Assembly (NCBI RefSeq): GCF_006345805.1
Contig: NC_043002.1
Location: forward strand, 59,086,001-59,150,000
Length of the DNA stretch: 64,000 nt
Source of the DNA: Octopus sinensis
Lineage: Eukaryota
Direction: 5' to 3'
The notes beneath the pieces were generated by a model. The model was not told the DNA's origin and did not search any database. It worked only from the letters and a program-made list of their open reading frames with translations. Position numbers and translations under genes: made by a program. Shown here piece after piece: positions 24,775-37,622 of the stretch. The stretch's first letter is position 1, and each line of letters starts with the position of its first letter.

Positions 24775-27159
24775 TGTATGTATACATGAAAAACGAGAGA
24801 AAGCAAGAAGTGGAGACTTTTATATGGACAATGTATATTTGGGAATGAATATATATATATATATATATATATATGTTAATAGATCCAATTTACACAAAGT
24901 ACAAACGACATAGAAAATCAAAAGGGTGGAAGAAAGGCGTTATAAGTCCAACAGCTGTTTTGGGGTGCTTAGAGATCCATCATAATGCTGGTAGATGCAG
25001 TTCATCACAATATGCGGCTGTAATTGAAACAATCAACATTAAATAAATCGATCCTCCGTTATCAGGGTAGAAACGATCTTGCATTTTAGATCATAATGCA
25101 GAGAAGTTCAGAAGTGGAATGATCAAATGTGGAGAGCTAGCCGTATTAAAGGGAGGAAGTAGTAATACAACTAACTATTGGTAACCACGCTAGTGTTGGT
25201 GGCTTGTAAAAAGCAAACAGTACACTATGTAAGCATTTGGAAGGACATCCAACTGCGGAAGCCATGCCAAAACTGTCACTGGAGTCTGGTGCAGCTCTCC
25301 AACTTGCCAGGTCTGGCCAAACCGTCCAACCCATACCAGCATGGAAACAGACTTTAAATAATGATGATGATGATGATGGTGATATTGGCGCATTGGTACT
25401 GGGTGTGCCCAAGAATATCAGAAACATGCTGATAGTAAGGATTTATTATCACTATGTCTTTATAGCTTCCACTGTCACGAACACATCAACAAGTATTTTG
25501 ATTCTGCTTTCAATATTAGTTTCTCGACTAGGTAGAATTTTTAAGTATTATGACTGACTCTACGATTAAATTCATAGACGCTTTTGTTCACCAGTTTTAT
25601 CTGTTTGAGTTTATGATTGTGAAAAGGGTTTACTCCGGTTCTATCAGATAGAAACCAACACATCTTTTTGATTTCGCATATGGCTTGTTGTAAATAGCCT
25701 TCCTTGAATTTAAACAGGGAATGTTTGAGCTTGTAAGTTAAACCCACTGGCATATATAATAAATATATATTAGGTATTGCTGATCAGAGTTGGTTTTGGC
25801 TAATTCAGTTTGGAGAAATAGTTATCAAAGCAAGTGCCTTGCATTCTGTGAAATGATCTCTGTTATGATGCCTACTGACATTTTTTACTGCCAAGTTTGA
25901 ATTTAGTTTTTGATAAGCGTTGACAAGTAAAAAGAAAAGATAAAATTTCGGATGCATGATTTTATAGAACATTCTAGAACATTTTCAGCTCTCTATAGGG
26001 ACTTTTCTTGTTGTAGCCAAAGACTACGTCTTTTGGCCATGTTTAAAAAAATATTCCTCATCCCTCAACAGTCTCCCTTTTGGAGACTTTGTCTTATCTT
26101 ACATTTATATGAAACCTTTCTGCTCTTATCTTCCAATTGTTTCATTAGTTTTTGATTCTTACACAAAACATATTACACATGATATATTTTAAATATTTTG
26201 GATGTTTATTACTCAACATTCTAGAAGATAATTTTCACCTCACAACTTGTTATTACAACTGATCAGTCAACACTTTCCTCGTAACACAACCAGAAGTTGA
26301 TAAACATGCATCGGTTTTCGTCTGTCATTGCTTTCGACGCGGTTTCGGAATTGATTTCTATGTTGAAAAAAATAAAGAAACAAAAATCAGAGACGGAATG
26401 TCAAGGTCGTTTATTGACTGGAAACCACAAATAAAAAATATTTGAACATGTACGCATTCCAAACTATAAATTGTTTGTAAATTGCTCTCGTTTATATATA
26501 CACTGCTATCGGTCGCCAATTGACCGAAAAACTCCGGTTACGAAGATAATCTATGTGTGTGAATCTCTGGCTAGTCTTGTACTTTACAGAGCAAATAAAC
26601 GACAGTTATGTAACGTTAAAAACTACAACTGTTCGATTAAATATCTAAATGTCTGGGACGAGTTGTTAATAAGATTATATTGCCGAGCATTAACTTCAAC
26701 AATAAGCGACACGCTTCATATAGATCTAGGAATATGATATCTGGTGACAAGGAAAGATTAAACCGATCGAAGTATCAGGCAAGCGCTGGAATCGATTTAC
26801 ATTCCGATAAATGCATTCTAGATATGAATGGAATTATATAATGGAGAAGATTTTGACGAAGCAATGTTTTCTAGATGTAAATATTGAAAGAAAAATACTT
26901 CATTTTAGATGACGAGGTTAAAAGATAAAAAAAATTATACTTGCATCTTCTCACAACTAATGTCTGAGTGAGGTTTTATGTGGGCTTACAACCTGCTAGA
27001 GGTAGCAGCCAAATCTTGAAGTCACACACGATCAACTTAAGGAAATTCTGAACACAATGGATAATGTAGTCCTAAAAAAAAACGCGACAGTCACGGCTGG
27101 AATAACTTTCGTTATAGCTGTGCTCAGTTTGAGTTTACTTTAGGCTCGGCAACAGCAAC

Positions 27160-27897
27160 AACGACGAAGACTAGAGCTAGTGCAAAATTTTCAGGGGATT
27201 GATGCCCTACCTGTGGCCAGCATTGGAGGTCTACTCAGTCTAAATGAATTCCGTATCTCCATCGCACTGAGAGTGGAGCTGACGTCTGTAGGGGACTGAG
27301 ATGACGTTGTGGTAGGCCCCTCTACTCCACAGGTCTTCACGGTCTGTCTTGCCGCCTAAATGCTAGTGGCTTCGCTCGTCACACCGAGTTAAAATTTAAT
27401 CATTAAGCAGGCCCTGGCTCGGATTCATATATTCTCAATTCTGGAGCCATCGGGGCTACCCAGAAGTGATGGAAAAAGACCAGATGGTCTTACCCTCTGT
27501 CCCTGGGTTAGAGGTAGGTGCCTCATTTGGGACGTCACAGTCTGTCTGTGACTCCTTTGCTCTCTTCCACATCCTGGATGTTGCAGCTAATGAGGTCACT
27601 GCTTCCGTAGCCGAAAGGAAGAAAACCCTAAAGTATCGGGACCTGACAGTGAACTATCTCTTCCAGCCTGTGACGTTTGAGACGTTCGGGGAGACTGGGC
27701 CATTAACCGCGAAGTTCTTGTCAACTTGGCAGCTCGCCTCATCGAGGTGTTAGGCAATGCCCGTGTGGGCACTTGGCTTTTGCAACGCTTTAGCCTCGCG
27801 ATCACCCGTGCAAATGCTGCGAGCGTGCTGGCTTGCTCCAGTAGATTCCGTTAAACCTTGTGGTGTGCGACCAGTTGCTGTGCTAAAAGAAAAAAAA
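27160..27897 (+). mobile_element. 3' fragment of a CRE-clade non-LTR retrotransposon (RLE domain), frameshifted
   Basis: ALPVASIG..FRISIALR, a CCHC-like CG..HGLSC..RH, LEPSGL.RSDGKRPDGLTL.PW.RG..LIWDVTV.DS, KKTLKY..L...YLFQPVTFETFG and WLLQR.SLAITRANAASV. An A-rich tail lies at ~27885-27897. Confidence 0.8.
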
Positions 27898-28074
27898 TTC
27901 CCACAAATGGTTTCAATACAGTTTTAACAAAAAGATTTGGAAAAATTAAATGAAAGCTCTCTGGTAATTTTCTTTCATGTAAATAATCTTATTTAAAAAC
28001 CTGCCAGCAAAGTCTTATAAAATGACAATGTACTCAAAGATGTACATATTTTTCAGTTGCGGACTGGGTCTAAA

Positions 28075-28480
28075 AATATCTATTTCTTTATTGCCCACAG
28101 GGGGGCTAAACATAGAGGGGACAAACAAGGACAAAAGGATTAAGTCGATTACATCGACCCCGGTATATAACTGGTACTTGTTTAATCGACCCTGAAAGGA
28201 TGAACGGCAAAGTCGACCTCGGCGGAATTCGAACACAGAACGTAGCGGCAGACAAAATACCTATTTCTTTACTACCCACAAGGGGCTAAACAGAGAGAGG
28301 ACAAACAAGGACAGACAAACGGATTAAGTCGATTACATCGACCCCAGTGCATAACTGGTATTTAATTTATCGACCCCGAAAGAATGAAAGGCAAAGTCGA
28401 CCTCGGCGGAATTCGAACTCAGAAAGTAGCAGCAGACGAAATACCGCTGAGCATTTCGCCCGCCGTGCTAACATTTCTGC
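28075..28480 (-). mobile_element. SINE family A with tandemly repeated body (~181-bp period)
   Basis: One head near 28470 followed on the minus strand by two body+tail units. Confidence 0.8.
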
Positions 28481-29122
28481 CATCTTGGTTGCCAAGAAAC
28501 TAAGGGGGCCCAACCGTAACTTCAAGGGGACCACCCGCAACTACAATGCTATCGTCTAATTTCTTTTTGTTAAAAGTATTCCTTTCAACTGTCTACAAAC
28601 ACACCCAGGCTAAAATAATTAATGCACTCTTTCAGGAGTGAATTAAAAAGAAAAATTCAAACTTGAGGGGATAGGCCCCTTAGATACTAACACGGGCCGT
28701 CATATATGGATTCTAATGGCGCAGGGGCCCACTTGCCATCGGGCAAGCTGGCAAGCTGGCCAGTCTGCCACTCTGTTTGTATGTTATATATGAACATAAA
28801 AGATTACAACAGAAAAACGAAACATTACACGGCATTGTTGACACACAATACATGGATGAAAAAGCCATTGGAGATATTTTCCCTAAACTGACAAATGTTG
28901 GGAAACAACAAAAACTGGGTGCTACTTGCGTCAGACAATTGTCTCTCAGAAGATTTTAAGTGAGTAATCAAAGGTTGTTATTGTTTAGCCCTGAGCCAGC
29001 ACTGATCCAGCTAACTTGCTTGTTTGGGCGATCCTGCGGTATAGGTACCGTAAGTACTGGAAGTGGTTTTGTTTACATTTCTGAAGATAACAGAAACCCT
29101 TTTCTCCCACCCCTAACCCCCC

Positions 29123-29153
<31 letters not shown>

Positions 29154-30354
29154 ATAATATATATATATAAAAAACACTTTCTTGAAATGTATCCGGTACT
29201 TTCGGTACCTATATCGAAGTTACGCCCTTGTTTGTTTATAGTTGTTCATCAAGTTCAACGACGACAATATTCTTCAATTGTGACTCCTTAATGACTGCAT
29301 ATCTCAGTTCTCGATGTGTAGCTTCGGTCGCAAACGAGACATAACTAGCATAACTATGGTGTAGGGAATTGAAGCAATCCGCCCGGGAAACGCTTTTATG
29401 GAGGCGGCACTTGCAGTAATAAGCCCGTATAGCTGTTAGGGCGCAGGGGAAATATACATGAATGTGAAAGGTTCGTAATGATGCCTTTCACTTTTAAAAG
29501 TTCTTATGGACCTATTATGAAAGCCTGTCTGTGACCATATTGTCTTTTTTCTCAGACATAATGTATCTAGAACTATATATGATCTGGTGCTATTTTTATT
29601 AAGTCGAGCTGTTGCATAGACGTTCCTGTGTTGGCTATGAAAGACAGAAGTTGTTTTTGTATTTTAGCAGATAGCCTTCCTTGAATTCGAACCTGGAATA
29701 TTGAAGTTCGAAAGTGAAACCGCTGGCCACTTAGATTACAATATCTGCTAACGTTGACTAGAATTATTTTGGTTCCACTCCTGTAATACCTATTGACATT
29801 TGCCCAATCAATCATTTTTTTACATCAGATTTTTGACAGGCGTTGACAGACAAAAAGACAAGATTAATTTTCGCGCTTAAAGACTTCATGAGACATTTTG
29901 GAACCTTTTGGTGGGCTTATCAAAACCCTGAAATTTAACTCTCCACAGTAACTTTACTTATAGCAGCCGGTGGCCATGTGTCATGGTTATGTATCTTTAG
30001 ATTCACGTTTAATAAAATATTCTTCGTCCTTCAATTTTCCCCATAAGACATTAATTCTGATGTAACCGAACACAATGTTTTAAATTTATATGACACTGTT
30101 CACTTCGCCTCCGTTGACAATTTCATTATTTCGTGATTAGCACACACAACAAAGGATATAACAAATTATACGTAATGCATATTTAAAACGTTTAGTGTTA
30201 TTAATAAACATTATCAAAAGTAGTTGTTTCTCTCATTAATTATTCAACATGTTTAACTAACACAGCTACAATGTGTTTAATGAAATAAACAGGTGTTTCC
30301 CAGAGTGGGCGGTACCACCTCCTGGGGTCGGTGGAAAATTTATATGGCTACTGG

Positions 30355-30603
30355 CAGAGGGGGATCCAGGATTTTTTTTGGTGGGGTGTTGCCCAAAAGT
30401 TTCGAAAAAAAGACTATATAAGACAGGAATCGCAATTCGTAACAAATGGACACATCTTTATGTATTTTAACTTTGTTATAGCAGACCACATGCATATGAA
30501 ACAGCTGCCCGAAAATCCTTGGCCCCGATTATTTTGGTGTCGGCTCGGCTAGAAAGAGTGTTTGCCTGGGCAACTAGAGCAATGCCCTTGCATCCGCCAC
30601 TGA
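30355..30603. mobile_element. Possible MITE with imperfect CAGTGGCGGATCCAGG-type TIRs
   Basis: Left end CAGAGGGGGGATCCAGG; the right end reverse-complements to CAGTGGCGGATGCAAGG. Confidence 0.4.
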
Positions 30604-30825
30604 CTGGGGGAAGTGGGAGTGGCTTGTTATACATGATGGGATTCCACGCAGTTTCTGTCTACCAAATCTACTTACAATGCATTGGTTAACCGGGGTCTGT
30701 GGTAGAATACACTTGCCTAAGTGCTGCGCAGCGGAACTGAAACTAAAACTACACGTATTTAGTACGAAGTGCGCTCGCAGAGGTGCTTTCTACTCAGTCC
30801 ACTGGCGTAGCTAGAATGTGTTCCG

Positions 30826-31398
30826 AGATACCAAGCATTGACCTTTCCATGGCTCTTTGAGCCGTTATCAGTCTTTGCTCTTCTCTCTTTGTGGTAGTCC
30901 ATGTTTCACTACCATATAACATTGCAGGCAGAACTGCACTGTTAATGAGGTTGGCGCGGGTGGTCCTGTCCAACCTTCCCTTGAGCACATCCCTTATGCC
31001 ATTGAACTCCTTCCACCCGGCCCTTACTCTCCGTGAGATCTCCTTTTTGATATACCGGCACATATTTACTTCCTGTCCCAGGTAGACATATTCTCTCACC
31101 TCCTCTATTTCATCACTGCCGATCACCATTCGACCTGTTGGTACGTTGTCTGACCGCATGAACTTTGTTTTCATGCGGTTCATCTTGAGACCTACTGCAG
31201 AACTTTTGATGTCGAGCTCCGTCAGCATGGTCTGAAGCTGATCCATGTTTTCAGCGATGAGTACGATGTCGTCAGCGAAACGGAGGTGAGTGAGGAGCTC
31301 GCCATTGATGTTGACACCACCTTGCCATTCGATGCCTCTGATGATCTGTTCGAGACATGCAGTGAAAAGTTTTGGGGAGATTGTATCTCCTTGCTTCA

Positions 31399-31399
<1 letters not shown>
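30826..31399 (-). mobile_element. Internal RT fragment of a second, divergent RTE lineage
   Basis: KQGDTISPKLF, LRFADDIVL, YVYLG and MLYGSETW in one open frame of ~190 codons. A (TA)n tract bounds it at ~31403. Confidence 0.88.
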
Positions 31400-31438
<39 letters not shown>

Positions 31439-31689
31439 CGACGGGCTTCTTTCAGTTTCTGTCTACCAAATCCACTCACAAGGCTTTGTTCTGCCCGAGG
31501 CTATAGTAGAAGACATTTGCCCAAGGTGCCACGCAATGGGACTGAAACCGGAACTATGTGGTTGGTAAGCAAGCTACTTACCTGCGCCTTTGGAAATAAA
31601 ATAATGTTATTATAATTGCAACAGTACAGTGAGTATTCTTCTCTGCTCTAGGCGCAAGGGCCGAAAATTTTTTTTGGGGGGGGGGCAGG

Positions 31690-32245
31690 CGATTAGATCG
31701 ACCCCAGTACGCAACTGGTTCTTAATTTATCGACTACGAAAAGATGAAAGGCAAAGTCAACCTTGGCGGAATTTGAACTCAGAACGTAGCGGCAGACGAA
31801 ATACCTATTTCTTTACTACCCACAAGGGGCTAAACACAGAGCGGACAAACAAGGACAGACAAACGGATTAAGTCGACTATATCGACCCCAGTGCGTAACT
31901 GGTACTTAATTTATCGACCTCGAAAGGATGAAAGGCAAAGTCGACCTCGGCGGAATTTGAACTCAGAACGTAGCGGCAGACGAAATACCGCTGAACATTT
32001 CGCCCGGCGTGCTAACGTTTCTTATTTCTTTATTGCCCACAAGGGGCTAAACATAGAGAGGACAAACAAGAACAGACAAAGGGAATAAGCCGATTAGATC
32101 GACTCCAGTACGCAACTGGTACTGAACTTATCGACCTCGAAAGGATGAAAGGCAAAGTTGACCTCGGCGGAATTTGAACTCAGAACGTAAACGGCAGACG
32201 AAATACCGCTAAGCATTTCGCCCGGCGTGCTAACGTTTCTGACAG
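31690..32245 (-). mobile_element. SINE family A concatemer / cluster
   Basis: Three consecutive bodies separated by the AGCCCCTTGTGGG..AAAGAAATA tail. Confidence 0.8.
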
Positions 32246-33132
32246 CTCGCCGCCGTAGTACAGTGAATATTGAGTTACTTGTGGGAAATAGTGACAAACT
32301 ACACTTGTGTATCACAACTTAATAACATGGTTACTTTATAATTTAAGTTAATCAGAACAACAAAATCATCATTAAAGTTCAAGCTTGTATTTTCGAAATT
32401 CAATCTTTCTTAAGCTGTGGTCCCGATTTTTTTTTCGTGTCGGCTCGGCTAGAAAAGGGACAACATTGCCTCGTATTTGTGCTGCTCGCAATCCGTTAAC
32501 TCGCGTAACAGAGAGATATTATACTCAGTTATAGAGAACAAAAGAAGTACGTGTATCCAAGTGAGTCAACCGCCTGGTTACCCCCCCACACACACACACC
32601 CACACACATGTACGTAAGTTTGCTTCCTAACCACATGGTTCCGGGTTCAGTCCCATTGCATAACACCTTCGCCAGATGTCTTCAACAAAAGTCTTGCGAG
32701 TGGATTTGGTAGACGCAAATCGAAAGAAGCCAGTCGTATGCGGTGTGTTCACGTCTCCGGAACTTAGCAGTTCGACAAAAGATATCAAAAGAGTATGTAC
32801 CACGCTTTACAACAACAACAACAATAATAATAATAATAATAATAATAATGATAGGTACCGGGGTTGCCGATTCGTTCGACAAAAATTCTTCAAGTCGGTG
32901 ACCTAGTATGGTCGCAGTCAGAATGCGGCCATGCCGAGGCACCGCCTTGAAGAACTTTTGCTTGATTGTATCAACCCCAGTACTTATTTTTTAAACGCCT
33001 GGTACTTATTCTGTTGGGCTCTTTTACCGAACCACTAAGTTACGGGGACGTAAACACCCCACCACCGGTTGTCAAGCGGTGGTGGGGAGGACACACACAG
33101 ACAAAAAGACACACACACACACATACATACAT

Positions 33133-33163
<31 letters not shown>

Positions 33164-35010
33164 GGCTTCTTTCAGTTTCCGTCCACCAAATTCACTCACA
33201 AGGCTTTTGTTGGCTATTGTAGAAAACACTTGCCCAAGGTTCCACGCAGCGGGATCGAACCCCAAACCAGTTTTTAGTGATATTTTAGCAGCTTTAATTA
33301 TAATAAAGTATGTGTGTATGTGTGTAAAATCAATTGGAAAACTAATAATAATGATATTTCATTTGTCCCAACCTAATTCAATAACGCCCGGTCAATTAAA
33401 GAGAGAAGAAAAACATACAAAGAATATTTGAAATAGAAAAGAAAAAAAGGCTTAACATATGTAATTTATTAGATTAGTCAGATATATAAATCAGCATTCA
33501 CAGAACCCCCGCCCCCACATACGTACATACATGTATGTATATGTATACTGCGCTCGCTCTCACACTATTTTCATTTAATTCACCAACCTCTGCTGTTAAT
33601 TGCTTCATCTAATTAAGTGATCTCAATAATAACTCAGCGTGTTGTAATAATTTCTTCTCCTGATAAAAGTTAAACCTCTGAAAGTTTTGGCATATTTTAA
33701 CTATGTATGTTATTACACACTGCTTAATTCACACCTACTCTTACCATCGTCCGTCGTCCCTATGCGACTCTGTTACCTTAGTGCTGTCACAGTGATAGCT
33801 GTTCTAGTTTTTGTTCAGAGGTAGCTTTAGAATTTTCTTTTATCTGTGAAGGAAACCACGTAAAAGATTGCCATGGAAATGCTACCAACTGATTTTTGAC
33901 GAACCCTTATCGACGGACACACCAGGGACGAACTTTGGAATTCATTGGTTTCTCTCCCAGTTAATTTTTTTTTATTACCAAATTACTCTATCAAACACGA
34001 TAGTTGTATTCTTTTCAAATCTCCTACGACGTCTCCTATTATGACTGATCAATTCCAATTTTGTCTACTATCCGATGCTTTAAAAGTTTCGCTGCTTTGT
34101 AAAATGTTGGTATCATTCTTCAAATGATTTATAATGGTGAAAGGCGTTTTGGTACCGACAGATGGGATTCTACCTTATATAATGTATGTATACATTAATT
34201 CTCTTTACTTTTTACACTTAGAATTTCTTCATCTTGATATTCGCCTCTTTTTAGAAACCGAAAGTTCAGATACTGAAATTCAAGACAATAACACTTATTG
34301 TCTAGCCATAGATTAGCCTTGATGAAGATAATCTATGATCAAAATCTTCACAGTTATGTCCACCCTGTCTTTTGTTGAAACTTGGGGTTATCTAAGAATA
34401 ACTACCTTGTATCAGTTTCCAGTATGATCACTCGAATGTTTTAAGGTGTTATTGTGTACGATTTGATGAAAGTTTGGTTGCTATATCTAGCAGTTTCAAG
34501 CGACCACGAAGAGCCCCTGTTCGTTGCTCCGCGCCAGGTCAACCCTGACTAAGCAAAACCAACCCAAAAGCGCTCTAGCTTTGACTGTTATTTTTTCTGA
34601 CTCGTCATTACACTTTTTATTTTTGTTACATATATATTTTAAGACAGCAGGGTGTGTTAAGAGAGCTCATATTCTATCAGTTTGAGCGACCTCATATAGG
34701 TCCCCTCGCTACGCTTAACATTTAAAATGGAATATCATATTACATTTGACATGCTTACAGATTATTTAAATAAACAGCTCGCGTTTTGATTTATTTCTTC
34801 TTTGCTTTCTTTTCTCAAAACAAACTTTAACGAACCCAAAATTACAGGTGTAAGTGTGTATTAGGGTATTAGATTTAGTTTTTAAAGTCAATATCAGCAA
34901 TTTCCATAGAGGGATGTGTTTATAGACGATTTGTACATAAACAGTAAAATAAATTTTTTTTTAAAGTGGGCATGAATGAAGTAACAGAGCCGTTTAGTCT
35001 GATTCTAACA

Positions 35011-35080
<70 letters not shown>

Positions 35081-35084
35081 GCAC

Positions 35085-35690
35085 GTCGGTCGAAATGCTT
35101 AGCGGTATTTCGTCTGCCGTTACGTTGTGAGTTCAAATTCCGCCGAGGTCGACTTTGCCTTTCATCCTTTCGGGGTCGATAAATTAAGTACCAGTTACGC
35201 ACTGGGGTCGATGAAATCGACTTAATACCCATGTCTGTCCTTGTTTGTCCCCTCTATGTTTAGCCCCTTGTGGGTAATAAAGAAATAGGTATTTCGTCTG
35301 CCGTTACGTTCTGAGTTCAAATTCCGCCGACGTCGACTTTGCCTTTCATCCTTTCGGGGTCGATAAATTAAGTACCAGTTACGCACTGGGGTCGATGTAA
35401 TCGACTTAATCCATTTGTCTGTACTTGTTTGTCCCCTCTGTGTTTAGCCCCGTGTGGGTAGTAAAGAAATAGGTATTTCGTCTGCCGTTACGTTCTGAGT
35501 TCAAATTCCGCCGAGGTCGACTTTGCCTTTCATCCTTTCGGGGTCGATAAATTAAGTACCAGTTACGCACTGGGGTCGATGTAATCGACTTAATCCGTTT
35601 GTCTGTACTTGTTTGTCCCCTCTGTGTTTAGCCCCGTGTGGGTAGTAAAGAAATAGGTATTTCGTCTGCCGTTACGTTCTGAGTTCAAAT
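35085..35690 (+). mobile_element. SINE family A with 184-bp body repeated ~3.2 times
   Basis: GGTATTTCGTCTGCC recurs at 35104, 35288, 35472 and 35656. Confidence 0.88.
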
Positions 35691-35750
35691 TCTACAAAAC
35701 CTGTTACTCTGAGTTTCGCGAAACTCAGAGTAACAGGTTTTGTAGAATTT
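35687..35750. repeat. Perfect 64-bp palindrome with no spacer
   Basis: AAATTCTACAAAACCTGTTACTCTGAGTTTCG|CGAAACTCAGAGTAACAGGTTTTGTAGAATTT. Confidence 0.95.
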
Positions 35751-35830
35751 TCTGCTGCTTTAAATAAAGTATATATATATATATATATATATATAAGTGT
35801 GTGTGCGCGCGCGCGGGAATGGTTTCGTAC

Positions 35831-35863
<33 letters not shown>

Positions 35864-36020
35864 CACGTGTATGCGTAGAGATTCATGTAGGCATCTATAT
35901 ATTTGTATGTATGCGTGTGGTTACTAATAGCGTTTTGAAGGGAGCATTAAAAAGCTAACCAGAAATTATTATACCAATCAATAACCAATATCATTTATAT
36001 TGATTCGACTCACACGCGAT

Positions 36021-36062
<42 letters not shown>

Positions 36063-36494
36063 TGTGTGTGTGTGTGATCTTTAAGGTACTTAAGCAGATC
36101 AGGAAGTAACAAGTTTAAACATCCTCAGCATTAACAATGCACTCCACAGGTTCAACGGAAACTTAATTTGAACTCTATCGAACTTAGTTCAATTGGTGTG
36201 ATATAAAAGAGATTCGATTTTCTGTTTCTAGTAAGTTAATCACCAGTGCTTTGTCGTTTTAAGGTATGTTCGAAGGGCATTTGACCAGGGTTCCAACGGA
36301 TGTAGTGAGCCCAAGCTAATCTATGTATATTCTGATTTGCTGTCGATGTATGATTTAGTTCGGGCAGATGTTCTTTCGTTTTATGAACCGAAAATGAAAG
36401 TGAGAATATCAATACACATTGACACTTCCCTGATGGACGTATCAAATAGGCAGACACCTACTATTTTGTCTTTTAAAAATGTTTTTTTTTTCTT

Positions 36495-37393
36495 GGGTTC
36501 TTACGTTTCTAATGAAAGATTTTCACAGATTTACTAACAAAACAGCTTTTTAAATGTTTAATTCTCCTCCCAACCCTATTTTTTTAATACCAATTATGAT
36601 AATTTTCCACTTTCATTTTGTGAAAAAAAAAACAACTACTCCCAACCTCAGGGTCAATATTAATCTTAAGATGGCCTACAACGATGTAGAAGAGCCTTTC
36701 TCTCTGGTTTGGTATTTGTACTGAAATGAATACTCTTTTACTTGTTTCAGTCGTTTGACTGCGGCCAAGCTGGAGCACTACCTTTAGTCGAACAAATCGA
36801 CCCCAGGACTTATTCTTTGTAAGCCTAGTACTTATTCTATCAGTCTCTTTTGCTGAAGCACTATGTTACGGGGACGTAAACACGCCACCATCGGTTGTTA
36901 AGCGATGTTGGGGGACAAACACAGACACATAAACATATGCATGCATGGGTTCTTACGTTTCTAATGAAAGATTTTCACAGATTTACTAACAAAACAGCTT
37001 TTTAAATGTTTAATTCTCCTCCCAACCCTATTTTTTTAATACCAATTATGATAATTTTCCACTTTCATTTTGTGAAAAAAAAAACAACTACTCCCAACCT
37101 CAGGGTCAATATTAATCTTAAGATGGCCTACAACGATGTAGAAGAGCCTTTCTCTCTGGTTTGGTATTTGTACTGAAATGAATACTCTTTTACTTGTTTC
37201 AGTCGTTTGACTGCGGCCAAGCTGGAGCACTACCTTTAGTCGAACAAATCGACCCCAGGACTTATTCTTTGTAAGCCTAGTACTTATTCTATCAGTCTCT
37301 TTTGCTGAAGCACTATGTTACGGGGACGTAAACACGCCACCATCGGTTGTTAAGCGATGTTGGGGGACAAACACAGACACATAAACATATGCA

Positions 37394-37398
<5 letters not shown>
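36495..37398. repeat. Direct tandem duplication of a 452-bp segment (unique DNA + SINE B tail)
   Basis: GGGTTCTTACGTTTCTAATG starts at 36495 and 36947. Identical 64-aa ORFs at 36584 and 37036 are offset by 452. Confidence 0.95.
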
Positions 37399-37435
<37 letters not shown>

Positions 37436-37622
37436 TAATACTAAGCAATAAGGGTTTAGCAACGAGTTGCTTTACCACATACCGAATTTAGAAATAGCAG
37501 TCAAAGGGTTATAGCTATTTCTTCTACTAAAAAGGGAGATCTCAGTAAAAACAGCATTTGGAAGGCACAAACAGGTAAGAGAGAATGAATTGACTGCAAT
37601 CTATCATACATTTTTTTAGTTA

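Noticed and set aside
28700-28960. Possible hAT transposase remnant (DIFPKLTN..)
   Set aside because: Similarity is too short and weak, and no TIR pair was confirmed.
34315-34350. CTTGATGAAGAT..ATCAAAA motif
   Set aside because: Both core segments are non-canonical and there is no stem III.
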